Source: Chloroflexota bacterium
GTDB lineage: Bacteria > Chloroflexota > Anaerolineae > Anaerolineales > Villigracilaceae
Assembly: GCA_049324135.1 (NCBI GenBank)
Contig: JBMOMO010000146.1
Span: forward strand, 28,322 to 92,321
DNA: 64,000 nucleotides
Direction: 5' to 3'
Under the pieces are notes generated by a model. The model did no database searches and was not told the DNA's origin. It saw only the letters and a program-made list of their open reading frames with translations. Below, piece by piece: positions 57,001 through 64,000 of this stretch. Each line of letters opens with the position of its first letter. Position 1 is the first letter of the stretch. A program made the translations under genes and the position numbers.

Positions 57001-58265
57001 CTCATTAGCCCTGTGAAATCAATCGGCGTTGCTTCCCGCGTGTCAGAAACAGCCAGTGTAGATTGCAATTTGAATACATAGTCGCACGGAGTTCCTGCCA
57101 GTCCTGCGGTTTGCAGTTTTTGTAGAACAGGTAAGGGCAGGTTCTGGTGCGTAAATAATTCCAGTTGCCCTGAGGCTTCATTCTTGAGTGAGATGAGACC
57201 GCAACTGAAACCAAGCATATCCAAGATTTGTGAAAGGAGTGATTCCAAGAGTTGCGTTAATTCCAGCGTTTGACTGGAAGAGAAGATGATTTGGTTGAGG
57301 GCGCTTAATTCCTCAGCCCGGGCTTGTGTCTCTTGGAATAGCCTGGCGTTGTCCAGGGCAACTGCCGCCTGGTTGGATAGAATCATCGCCAGGTTCAATT
57401 CTTGTTGGGAGAACTGTCTTTCCTGGTAAAGTTCCTCGAGGTGGATCATGCCTGTTGCGCGGCCCTGCATGATGAGCGGCAAACGCACTTGCGACTTGAC
57501 GCTAAATTTCCTCATGTAAGCCTGTTCGATGTCATCCAGGCTTTGGTCACTGCTTAACAGGATGACAGGTTGCAAGGTTGCCAGCATTTGTTGCGTGGCC
57601 GGGTAGTCTGCTGGGTCTGTTTCCAGGTTTGTCCATAGTTCGTCTTCGGGGCGTTTTTTGTTTTCTGGTATGTAATCAACAACGGTGCGCATTTTCCCTT
57701 GAGGGGTGAGCAGGAGAATCGAACATTCTGTTACCTGGAAAATTTGTATGAAGTATTTTGCAATCAGGTTCGCAATTTCTTCTAGTTGTAATGGCACCTC
57801 TGCAAGGTTCTGGCTTACGTTGAGTAGTGTTGTCAATTCTTGAACACGCTGTTGTGTTTCCTGGAACAGGCGCGCATTTTCCATTGCGAGGGATAATTGG
57901 TCGGCTACTTGTTTGACCAGTAATTGTTCTTCAGAGCCCCAATCGCTTTTCCCTGTTTCGTCAACAACCTTGAGTGTTGACCAATTCTTTTCGTCCAGGC
58001 GGAAAGCGGTAGAAAGCGTCGTCGTAGGGGCGTCCCGCGAAATAACGGAAGCAAGCCTTTCGTCGGCTTGAAGCGTCATCCCCGTCCCAAATAGAACTTC
58101 GGATATTTCATCCGAAAGACTCATAGGAGTGGACGGGAGGCTGGGCGTCTGTTTGTTCTTTCGACTGCCGCTTCTGTCCGGACGTTCGGCTTGCGTTTCT
58201 GCTTCGTTGTTTTTTATCTCGTCGAAAAGTTTATCGAGCCTGTTGTTTATCTTTTTCTTCGACAT
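54090..58265 (-). CDS. Hybrid sensor histidine kinase (GAF x3-4, PAS x2, GAF, HisKA, HATPase, REC x2)
   Basis: 1391 aa from the ATG at 58265. Repeated ...ENARLFQETQ... GAF ends, PAS pairs ending DITERK, H-box MSHELRTPLNSI, GSGLGLSI, and two REC domains (ILTIDDDP...ILDIMMPGYDG and VLIIDDDP...VMDLFMPDVDG). Confidence 0.9.
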   Translation of the reverse strand: MSKKKINNRLDKLFDEIKNNEAETQAERPDRSGSRKNKQTPSLPSTPMSLSDEISEVLFGTGMTLQADERLASVISRDAPTTTLSTAFRLDEKNWSTLKVVDETGKSDWGSEEQLLVKQVADQLSLAMENARLFQETQQRVQELTTLLNVSQNLAEVPLQLEEIANLIAKYFIQIFQVTECSILLLTPQGKMRTVVDYIPENKKRPEDELWTNLETDPADYPATQQMLATLQPVILLSSDQSLDDIEQAYMRKFSVKSQVRLPLIMQGRATGMIHLEELYQERQFSQQELNLAMILSNQAAVALDNARLFQETQARAEELSALNQIIFSSSQTLELTQLLESLLSQILDMLGFSCGLISLKNEASGQLELFTHQNLPLPVLQKLQTAGLAGTPCDYVFKLQSTLAVSDTREATPIDFTGLMSNGLFAYLGVPLEAKGQIVGTLCVFNENPEPMSENMVGLTQSIGRQIGFAIENARLFQRTQQSESELKALFSAMEDVIIIYDREGRYERIAETNPNYLFRPSEELLGRTLQEVLPENLHAPFLSTIRTTLDTGQSQEIEYPLEINGKEYWFDANVSKLTEDHVFWVARDITERKRAEEDLAKFKLGIENTNNAVFLTDATGKIQYINQGFENIYGYTLDEVIGQTPRVLKSGLYPQDRYKELWESLVAKKTYSLEIINRAKDGRLVPVTGTYSPIIGNNDMVLGFLAVQTDITERKQNEEALRRRNEYLAASAEIGRLVTSSLDLKAIFSRAVNLVQERFGYYHAAIFIVEETGFNAVLQEATGEAGEQMKQREHSLAVGSKSTVGQATETGNPIVINNTALDPIHKPNPLLPDTRAEAAIPLHIGNRIIGVLDIQSTEVNAFSQDDVAILQLLADQIAIGIDNARSYNIAQQAVQEMREVDRLKSQFLANMSHELRTPLNSIIGFARVILKGIDGPVTELQQQDLTAIFNAGQHLLGLINDILDLSRIEAGKMELSFSEVNINDLITSVMSTAAGLIKDKQITLKQEVAADLPTVRADPMRIRQVVINLLSNAAKFTEKGEITVRAEVDDLATTGQSSVIVTVTDTGPGISPEDQAKLFQPFSQVDASLTRKVGGSGLGLSICHHLVQMHHGRIGVHSMPGKGSSFYFTVPIFMKEQKISTSGLKTILTIDDDPQILSLYERYLRPKGFQVISLNDPARAKERVRLLKPFAVILDIMMPGYDGWRVLEDLKSNPETRGIPIIICSILEEEEKGFSLGAADYLVKPVVEDDLLSSLDRLNNDGSIREVLIIDDDPNDLRLLGTMISNQGRYKPILAEGGQAGWTAIQIKTPHAIVMDLFMPDVDGFSLLEKLHESNELRNIPVVVVSSSDLTGEQRDQLHMFGQKLLQKSSLQEQELIATIENALKRIDN

Positions 58266-59019
58266 ATTCCAGTAACTCCTGGGCAAGGACACGATATTGT
58301 TGTGAGCCGCGACTGTTGGGTTTGTAGTGTGTAATTGGTTGGCCGGCAATCGGGCTTTCCCGAAGTTTTGTGTCAATCTCGATGACTGTTTCGAACAGGC
58401 CTTTGCCAAATGTGTTTTGTAGTTGTTCTTGGATGTTGCGGTGCGTGCGGTTCCTGCGATCCAGCATGGTGATGAGGATGCGGTAGGCGAGGTCGGGGTT
58501 GCTTTCCTGTCGTATCCGGCGGATCATTCCCATCATATTGCGCAAGGCGTAGGCAGAGAAGAATTCGGCCTGTGTTGGGATAACCAGTAAATTTGCTGCG
58601 CTTAAGGCATTTTGCGTAATGGCTCCCAGGAAGGGTGGACAGTCGAGCAGGATGAACTGGTATGATAGGGGGGAGGCCGCTTCCAGGGCGCGCTTTAGGA
58701 TAGCCGTGTAGTTGTTGCGGATGGGGAGGTATTGTTCTGCGCTGTCAATGTTGGAATGCGCCGGGATCAGGTCGATGTCTTCGATTTCTGTCTTTTGGAC
58801 AGCGCTCAACAGGGAGGCCCCTTCTATCAATATGTTGCTGGACGAAACCGGAGCCTGGTTGATTTCCAATCCAGCGGCCAACGTTAAATTCGCCTGGGGG
58901 TCCAAATCAATCAACAATACTCTTTGTCCGGTTTCAGCCAGGGCGGCGCCAAGAGACAAGGTGGTGGTGGTTTTTGCCACTCCGCCTTTTTCGTTCGAGA
59001 TTGCAATTATGTAAGCCAT
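58231..59019 (-). CDS. ParA/MinD-family ATPase (orphan; no ParB gene seen nearby)
   Basis: 262 aa. Deviant Walker A SNEKGGVAKTTT and LIDLDPQANLT. Its 3' end overlaps the proposed kinase start by 35 nt. Confidence 0.9.
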   Translation of the reverse strand: MAYIIAISNEKGGVAKTTTTLSLGAALAETGQRVLLIDLDPQANLTLAAGLEINQAPVSSSNILIEGASLLSAVQKTEIEDIDLIPAHSNIDSAEQYLPIRNNYTAILKRALEAASPLSYQFILLDCPPFLGAITQNALSAANLLVIPTQAEFFSAYALRNMMGMIRRIRQESNPDLAYRILITMLDRRNRTHRNIQEQLQNTFGKGLFETVIEIDTKLRESPIAGQPITHYKPNSRGSQQYRVLAQELLEYVEEKDKQQAR

Positions 59020-59044
59020 ATCTTACTCTCCATACCTGGTTATC

Positions 59045-61087
59045 TCAGTTTGGGTCGTTATTATTTTCAGTTGGCCCCTGCTTTAGCAGGGTGTGGGGTA
59101 ATAGTTGTACCTGGGTAGCGCCAAGCGCCGTTTTGAGTTCGTCGAGGGCTATTCGAATCATGTCGTCTGGATCGCTGGCGCTTCGGATTTTTGTCGTTAT
59201 ATCGGAAACAAGGCGTTCTCGTTCTGCGCGACGCGCGGTCTCTTCAAAGAGACGCGCGTTCTCTGCTGAAATCGCTACGCGATCAGCAATTGCTTTGATT
59301 AGATTCAGCTGATCTGCGCTTGGTTCTGTTGTCAAAGGCAAGTGGACATCCAGTGTACCAATGTGCTCTCCGCGGATCTCTATGGGTATGGAGACCAGGC
59401 GAGTTTGCTCATCTGTTGCGGATAGTCCTTTAACCCGCTCGATCATTTGCCAGTCGCTTGGTTTTTCGACCTGGCTAACCCCTTCGGCTGTGTATATGAT
59501 CCCCGCCAGTTTTTGTTCTTTTGGTAGTCTGTTCCAGGCTTGTCGGATGTATTGCCGGTAAACTGTCTCGGCTTCGTCCAGGGATTTCCGCGCCTGGTCA
59601 AACAGGCGCGCATTTTCGATTGCAAGGCTTACCTGATCTGCCAGGAGGGAGAGTGCGCGGACATCCTCTTCCCCAAAAGCGGTTGGCTCGGTGCTTTGTA
59701 CATCTAAGGCGCCAACGATAGATTTGCCAATCCTCAATGGCAGCGCTATTTCTGAGCGGGTTTGCGGCAGGTCGGGGTTTTCGAAAAATACTGCATCTTC
59801 ACCAACATCCAGCGCAATGCGCGGGTTGCCTGATCCGGTCGTGTAACCAACAATGCCCTGTTCACCGATCTTTAGCCTGTGTCCGCGCTCAAGCATGTGT
59901 TGACCGCCTTCACTGTTTGCCGCCCTGAGGAGGGCATATTCCTTTCTGTCGTCGCTCAGGAATATGCCAACGTGATAATAGCCGAACTCCTGACTGATCA
60001 GTTGAGTAATTTTTGGCAACAGTTCGTCCAAGGAGCGGATGGATGAGATTGCGCTGCTCACTAAAGTGATGGCCTCGAACTGTTTTGCACGCCGGTTGCT
60101 TTCTTTGTTTGCTGACGCCAAATCGCGGGTGCGTTCCTGTACTCTCTGTTCCAGGCTAGTTAGCGTTTCTTGTAATTGCCTGGACATGTTGTTGAGTGTA
60201 GCGGCAAGGGAAGATATCTCGTCGTTGCCGCCAATCGAAATAATAGCGCGCTTGTCCAGGTAGCCATCTTCCATGGCTTGCGCGGCGCTTTGCACAACTT
60301 GTAACCTTTTGCTGATAGAGCGAGCAATGGAATAAGAGAGGAATAATCCAAATATAATTGCCAGCAAGAGCGCCAGTATCATTCGTACAATGACATCTTG
60401 GTAGGCAACCTCGATCATTTCATTTAGCACACTGGAAAAATCGTTGTTAATTTCAATTAATTGCTCAATCGAAGTCCGCGCTGACGCAAGCGCTGAGAGT
60501 GCATCTTGATTTGCTTCTATGTCCAGTTCGCCTGTTTCTAACGTAGCAACCATCGCGTTAAATGACGATGAATAGGTCGCGTATTCACTTGTAAACCGGT
60601 TAAAGCTCGCCAATTCCGAAGCCTGTAAGGCGTTGACTTTTTGTTCTATCTCAAGTTGTTTTGTCTGGCGCAAGCCAGCCGTAAATTCTAAGGGCACAGG
60701 GGATAGCCAGACGGCCGCATACGTGTCAATGATTGGTTTTATTTGTTCTTCCGCAGCGCGAATTGTTTGAATGTGATGGGTGCGTTCGGCTGGAAGGAGG
60801 TTTTCATTTTGTAGCGCAATCAGGGCGGTTTGGATATCGGCTATTGCAGCATTTACTTGACTGGTCTTGATGAGGGGCAGTAATACCACTTCGTAGTTTT
60901 TGTTTTGTTGGGTTCCTACTGAAGTTAAACCGCGCAGCGCGGCCAGGAAGACGCCTATCGTACCTAGCACCATTACAAAGATCAATGCATTGAGTTTCCA
61001 ATTGACCTTAATGTTTGCAAAGAGGTCTTCATGGAAATCTTCGGGCGCTTGTATCGTGCGTATTTTGGGGAGGTCTTGTGCGGTCAT
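59045..61087 (-). CDS. Membrane sensor: helical ectodomain-TM-HAMP-GAF-GAF-like, with no recognisable output domain
   Basis: 680 aa. Two TM segments flank a ~190-aa helical domain. HAMP (...SKRLQVVQSAAQAMEDGYLD...ISSLAATLNNMSRQL). GAF with FGYYHVGIFL...GALDVQSTEPTAFGEEDV...ENARLF. Confidence 0.85.
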   Translation of the reverse strand: MTAQDLPKIRTIQAPEDFHEDLFANIKVNWKLNALIFVMVLGTIGVFLAALRGLTSVGTQQNKNYEVVLLPLIKTSQVNAAIADIQTALIALQNENLLPAERTHHIQTIRAAEEQIKPIIDTYAAVWLSPVPLEFTAGLRQTKQLEIEQKVNALQASELASFNRFTSEYATYSSSFNAMVATLETGELDIEANQDALSALASARTSIEQLIEINNDFSSVLNEMIEVAYQDVIVRMILALLLAIIFGLFLSYSIARSISKRLQVVQSAAQAMEDGYLDKRAIISIGGNDEISSLAATLNNMSRQLQETLTSLEQRVQERTRDLASANKESNRRAKQFEAITLVSSAISSIRSLDELLPKITQLISQEFGYYHVGIFLSDDRKEYALLRAANSEGGQHMLERGHRLKIGEQGIVGYTTGSGNPRIALDVGEDAVFFENPDLPQTRSEIALPLRIGKSIVGALDVQSTEPTAFGEEDVRALSLLADQVSLAIENARLFDQARKSLDEAETVYRQYIRQAWNRLPKEQKLAGIIYTAEGVSQVEKPSDWQMIERVKGLSATDEQTRLVSIPIEIRGEHIGTLDVHLPLTTEPSADQLNLIKAIADRVAISAENARLFEETARRAERERLVSDITTKIRSASDPDDMIRIALDELKTALGATQVQLLPHTLLKQGPTENNNDPN

Positions 61088-61090
61088 GCG

Positions 61091-63574
61091 TTACCCGTCG
61101 GTTTCTTTTGGTTTCAGGCGAATTGATACTTTGGAGCCAGGGATAGCGCGTCCCAATTCTTCAGCAGCAGTGCGCAGAATGTTTCTAACATTAATGGATT
61201 CGCCAATTTTCGAGGTTATCTCGCCTATCGTTCTTTCGCGTGTAGCGTGGCGGCGAGCTTCGTCTAACAAATAAGCGCTTTCCAGTGCTAACGCGGCGCG
61301 TTCGGCGGCGGCTTGCGTCAGGACTAACTCGTCGTCCGTCCACTTTCGCTTTGTTTGATTTGGCCGGATTTCGAGGATTCCCATGGTCTGCCCGCGCAGC
61401 ACAAGCGGGATGCTCAATTTATCATCATTGTTGTCTGTGAGTGATGGGGTAGCAGGCGCGTCAAGTGGTAGGATTTTTCCATTCTTGTATAGGTAGCCAG
61501 TTTTTCTGGTTTGGAGGGCAAATTGAGACCAGGTTTGACCAAAATATTTTTGATATGTTTCTTCTGCCTTTGCCAGCGCCCGCTGCGTTTCTGCAAATGA
61601 GCGTGAGTTTTCAATGGCAACTGCCACTTGATCGGCCAGGGTGGAGATTACCGCAATATCTTCCTGTGAGAAAGCGTTTTTTTCTGTGCTTTGAACGTCC
61701 AGTACGCCAATCAATTGCTGGCCAACTTTGAGAGGCAAGGCCATTTCTGAGCACGTTTCTGGGAGGTCTGGGTTGTTAAAGAATACTGCGTCCGCGCCGG
61801 TGTCAAGGGCTATACGAGCGGATTGGGTGCTGGCTACAAAGCCAACAATGCTGTTGGGTTCAACGGCCAATTTGTGTTGGCGCGCCAACATTTTTTGACC
61901 TCCTTCGCTATTGGCGGCTACCAGCACAGCGTTTTGCCCGCTTGATTCCAGCAGGAAAATGCCGGCATGGTAAAAACCAAATTGCTCAGAGATCTCGCGG
62001 GTGATATCGGACAGGAGCAGGTCCAGGTCGCGGATGGACGCGGCGGCGCGTGCAACTTCTGAGACCGCCTGGAGTTGATTTGCCCGTTTTTGTAGCGCAG
62101 ACGTGCGTTCCTGTACCCGTTCTTCGAGTGAGAAGATCAAGTCGCTTAATCTTGCCGACATGCTGTCCAGGGTCTCGGCCAGGGTCGTGATCTCGTCTTT
62201 CACCTTTGTGGCAATGCTGGCTTTGGCTGCCAGGTTTCCGGCCGCAATTTCGGATGCTGTTTGTGTTAACTTGGTTAGCGGGGAGGTGAGGAGATTGCTG
62301 GCGCCCCAAGAGACAAGTGTTGCAATCCCTATAACGATGCCCAGTACAATGAAGACAAAAATAATCGTGGTGGTGGTTTCGCGTTCCAGCGTTTGGACAG
62401 CAGTAAGAAATGGCTGGCGCAGTTCACTGACCGGTACAATGATGCCCAGGCTGTAGTTGATGTTTGGGATTGGGCGGTAGGCAACATATTTTTCAATCCC
62501 ATTCACTTGGACAATTTGCAGGCCTCGTTGCCCTCCGGTCATCTTGACTACAATTTTGAACATTTCAAGCGGTACTTTATCTGGCAAGGTATATTGGACG
62601 ATTTCGCCGTCCGGGATGTCTGCGGGAATGCCAAAATCGGCATATCCTTCTTTTGGCATTGAGATCACGTGACCTTCTTTGTCAACCAGGAAGGCGTACC
62701 CTGTATCGCCTGTCCGAATGGAAGACACTGCCTGGGTTATGCTCGTCATAAGCACGTCCGCAGCGACTACCCCTCGAAATTTGTCGGATTCGTCATAAAT
62801 AGGAGCGCTGCTGGTAATTACCAGGCCGTGTAACGCCGCGTCCTGGTATGGGACGGACCATACGGTCTCCCGGTCTGGGTTCGAGGCGGGCGAGGCCGCC
62901 AAGAACCAGGGTCTTTGGGTAACGTCGAAATCAACCGGCACAATGTTGGCCAGGTCTATGTTAGGGTAATATAAAGTTTCCTTCTCTTTTCCGCCAAAAT
63001 ACAATGCGATAATATTTGGATTTTCCTTCAATATGATAGGCGCAATCGTATCCAACTGTTTGAGCGCATTGATCTCACTCGCCAGTTTTTCAGTCAATAC
63101 TACTTTGGTTGGGAGGAAGATCGAGCCGGTCTCCTGGTTGGGATTATCCAAACTCCCGCCAGGGAGATAAAACAAGGTTTCGCTTGCGTTCCATAAGACC
63201 CCGGAAACATAGATGCCATCAGCCACTTCGATTTCCTTCTCGATATAAGTCTCTGTGGCAATGCGCGCTGTTTCCAGGTTCTTTTCAGTAGTATCGAAAA
63301 AAGAATTTAATGCTGACGCTCCTTCGGCTAGCGCAGCATCCAAACGGTTTTCAGTTTCCTGTTGCACGCTTTTGTCTAATTGCTCTGTCAGCAAATTGTT
63401 TAGCGCTTGGGTGCGATTAAGCAGGTAGTACCCAACAAAGACGATTGCCGCAATCGTGACAAACAGGTTGGCAACGATCAATTTTGTACGCAGGGAGACA
63501 AAATTGGAACGAGGCGTCTTTTGTTGGGCGGTCTGATTTTCTGGAAGCGTGTCTGTCATACGAACTCGTTTCAA
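61091..63574 (-). CDS. Membrane sensor: Cache-like ectodomain-TM-HAMP-GAF-GAF-like, with no recognisable output domain
   Basis: 827 aa. ~340-aa periplasmic/extracellular domain (...PYQDAALHGLVITSSAPIYDE...GYAFLVDKEGHVISMP...). HAMP domain. GAF with FGFYHAGIFL...GVLDVQSTEKNAFSQEDI...ENSRSF. A paralog of 59045..61087. Confidence 0.85.
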   Translation of the reverse strand: MKRVRMTDTLPENQTAQQKTPRSNFVSLRTKLIVANLFVTIAAIVFVGYYLLNRTQALNNLLTEQLDKSVQQETENRLDAALAEGASALNSFFDTTEKNLETARIATETYIEKEIEVADGIYVSGVLWNASETLFYLPGGSLDNPNQETGSIFLPTKVVLTEKLASEINALKQLDTIAPIILKENPNIIALYFGGKEKETLYYPNIDLANIVPVDFDVTQRPWFLAASPASNPDRETVWSVPYQDAALHGLVITSSAPIYDESDKFRGVVAADVLMTSITQAVSSIRTGDTGYAFLVDKEGHVISMPKEGYADFGIPADIPDGEIVQYTLPDKVPLEMFKIVVKMTGGQRGLQIVQVNGIEKYVAYRPIPNINYSLGIIVPVSELRQPFLTAVQTLERETTTTIIFVFIVLGIVIGIATLVSWGASNLLTSPLTKLTQTASEIAAGNLAAKASIATKVKDEITTLAETLDSMSARLSDLIFSLEERVQERTSALQKRANQLQAVSEVARAAASIRDLDLLLSDITREISEQFGFYHAGIFLLESSGQNAVLVAANSEGGQKMLARQHKLAVEPNSIVGFVASTQSARIALDTGADAVFFNNPDLPETCSEMALPLKVGQQLIGVLDVQSTEKNAFSQEDIAVISTLADQVAVAIENSRSFAETQRALAKAEETYQKYFGQTWSQFALQTRKTGYLYKNGKILPLDAPATPSLTDNNDDKLSIPLVLRGQTMGILEIRPNQTKRKWTDDELVLTQAAAERAALALESAYLLDEARRHATRERTIGEITSKIGESINVRNILRTAAEELGRAIPGSKVSIRLKPKETDG

Positions 63575-63580
63575 TTGGAC

Positions 63581-64000
63581 TTAAAGCGCCTGGCTTTCAG
63601 GTTGATCGTGAGCGTCTTCTGAAAGGATACTCACGCTCACTTCGCAATCCGTCAATAAAGCGCCCAGGCTTTCGGCGGTAGCCTGTAGGATGGCGTCCAC
63701 TTCCGGTTCAGCCCCAATGCGGCTGGAAACATTGGCAATGGCGCGTTCCAGTTCGGCGCGGCGCTGGGTGTCCTGGTGCAATCGCGCGCTTTCCAGCGCG
63801 GCGCCAATTTGGTTGACCAACCTGTTCGCATCAGCAATCTCATCATGCGACCAGTCTTGCATTTCAGGCGGCTTCACTAAGCGCACAATGCCGATTGTCT
63901 GGTTGCGCACTTGAATTGGCGCAGCCAGCGTTTTTCGGTCCTCGCTCAAGATGGGTTCGCCTTCCTTGTTGGCTCGGATCGCCTCCGGCTGTTGCAATGT
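63581..64000 (-). CDS. 3' part of a third GAF-module sensor paralog (continues past the right edge)
   Basis: ...LAAPIQVRNQTIGIVRLVKPPEMQDWSHDEIADANRLVNQIGAALESARLHQDTQRRAELERAIANVSSRIG... aligns with the C-terminal modules of the two downstream paralogs. The tracked TTG start at 63997 is probably internal. Confidence 0.75.
   Translation of the reverse strand, partial: TLQQPEAIRANKEGEPILSEDRKTLAAPIQVRNQTIGIVRLVKPPEMQDWSHDEIADANRLVNQIGAALESARLHQDTQRRAELERAIANVSSRIGAEPEVDAILQATAESLGALLTDCEVSVSILSEDAHDQPESQAL

Overview
This 64-kb chromosomal window comes from a bacterium with moderate to high GC. My guess is a Chloroflexota/Anaerolineae-like monoderm, based only on gene content and lipoprotein-type signals, and I could not verify it.

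About 60 genes can be supported:
- Cell shape and division: mreBCD-mrdA, then minCDE-rodA.
- Translation and RNA: gltX, rtcB, glnS, one tRNA-Gln(CUG), hflX and trmFO.
- Oxidative pentose-phosphate pathway: pgl, and separately zwf-gnd.
- A GH15 hydrolase and nnrE.
- A four-gene ABC importer.
- Three VTT/TVP38/DedA-type membrane proteins.
- An ECF sigma/anti-sigma pair.
- An HD-GYP plus DUF2652 pair.

The right third of the window (46.4-64 kb) is a dense signal-transduction region. I found no rRNA, CRISPR array, prophage or recognisable defence system.

Mobile and repeat content:
- One intact IS30-family element, freshly inserted into a DUF3179 lipoprotein gene. It has 24-bp perfect inverted repeats and a 3-bp target duplication, and removing it restores the reading frame.
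- A 139-bp MITE-like element with 17-bp inverted repeats and a 9-bp direct duplication.
- A family of REP-like hairpins headed by GTAG, with compensatory stem changes.
- An 82-nt module shared upstream of two unrelated transcription units.
- Two copies of a CACGGAA-repeat element.

Most interesting candidate: a tightly packed minus-strand operon (51.4 to beyond 64 kb). It encodes three HAMP/GAF sensor paralogs with no output domain, an orphan ParA-like ATPase, a 1391-aa hybrid kinase, a threonine-synthase-like PLP enzyme fused to a receiver domain, and an EamA exporter.

Other items worth a second look:
- A flavin-dependent-halogenase-like gene with no biosynthetic cluster around it.
- A redoxin gene broken exactly at its CxxC site by a TGA plus a frameshift.
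- Strong block-wise GC3 mosaicism.

All functional calls rest on motifs I recognised by eye. No database search was run.
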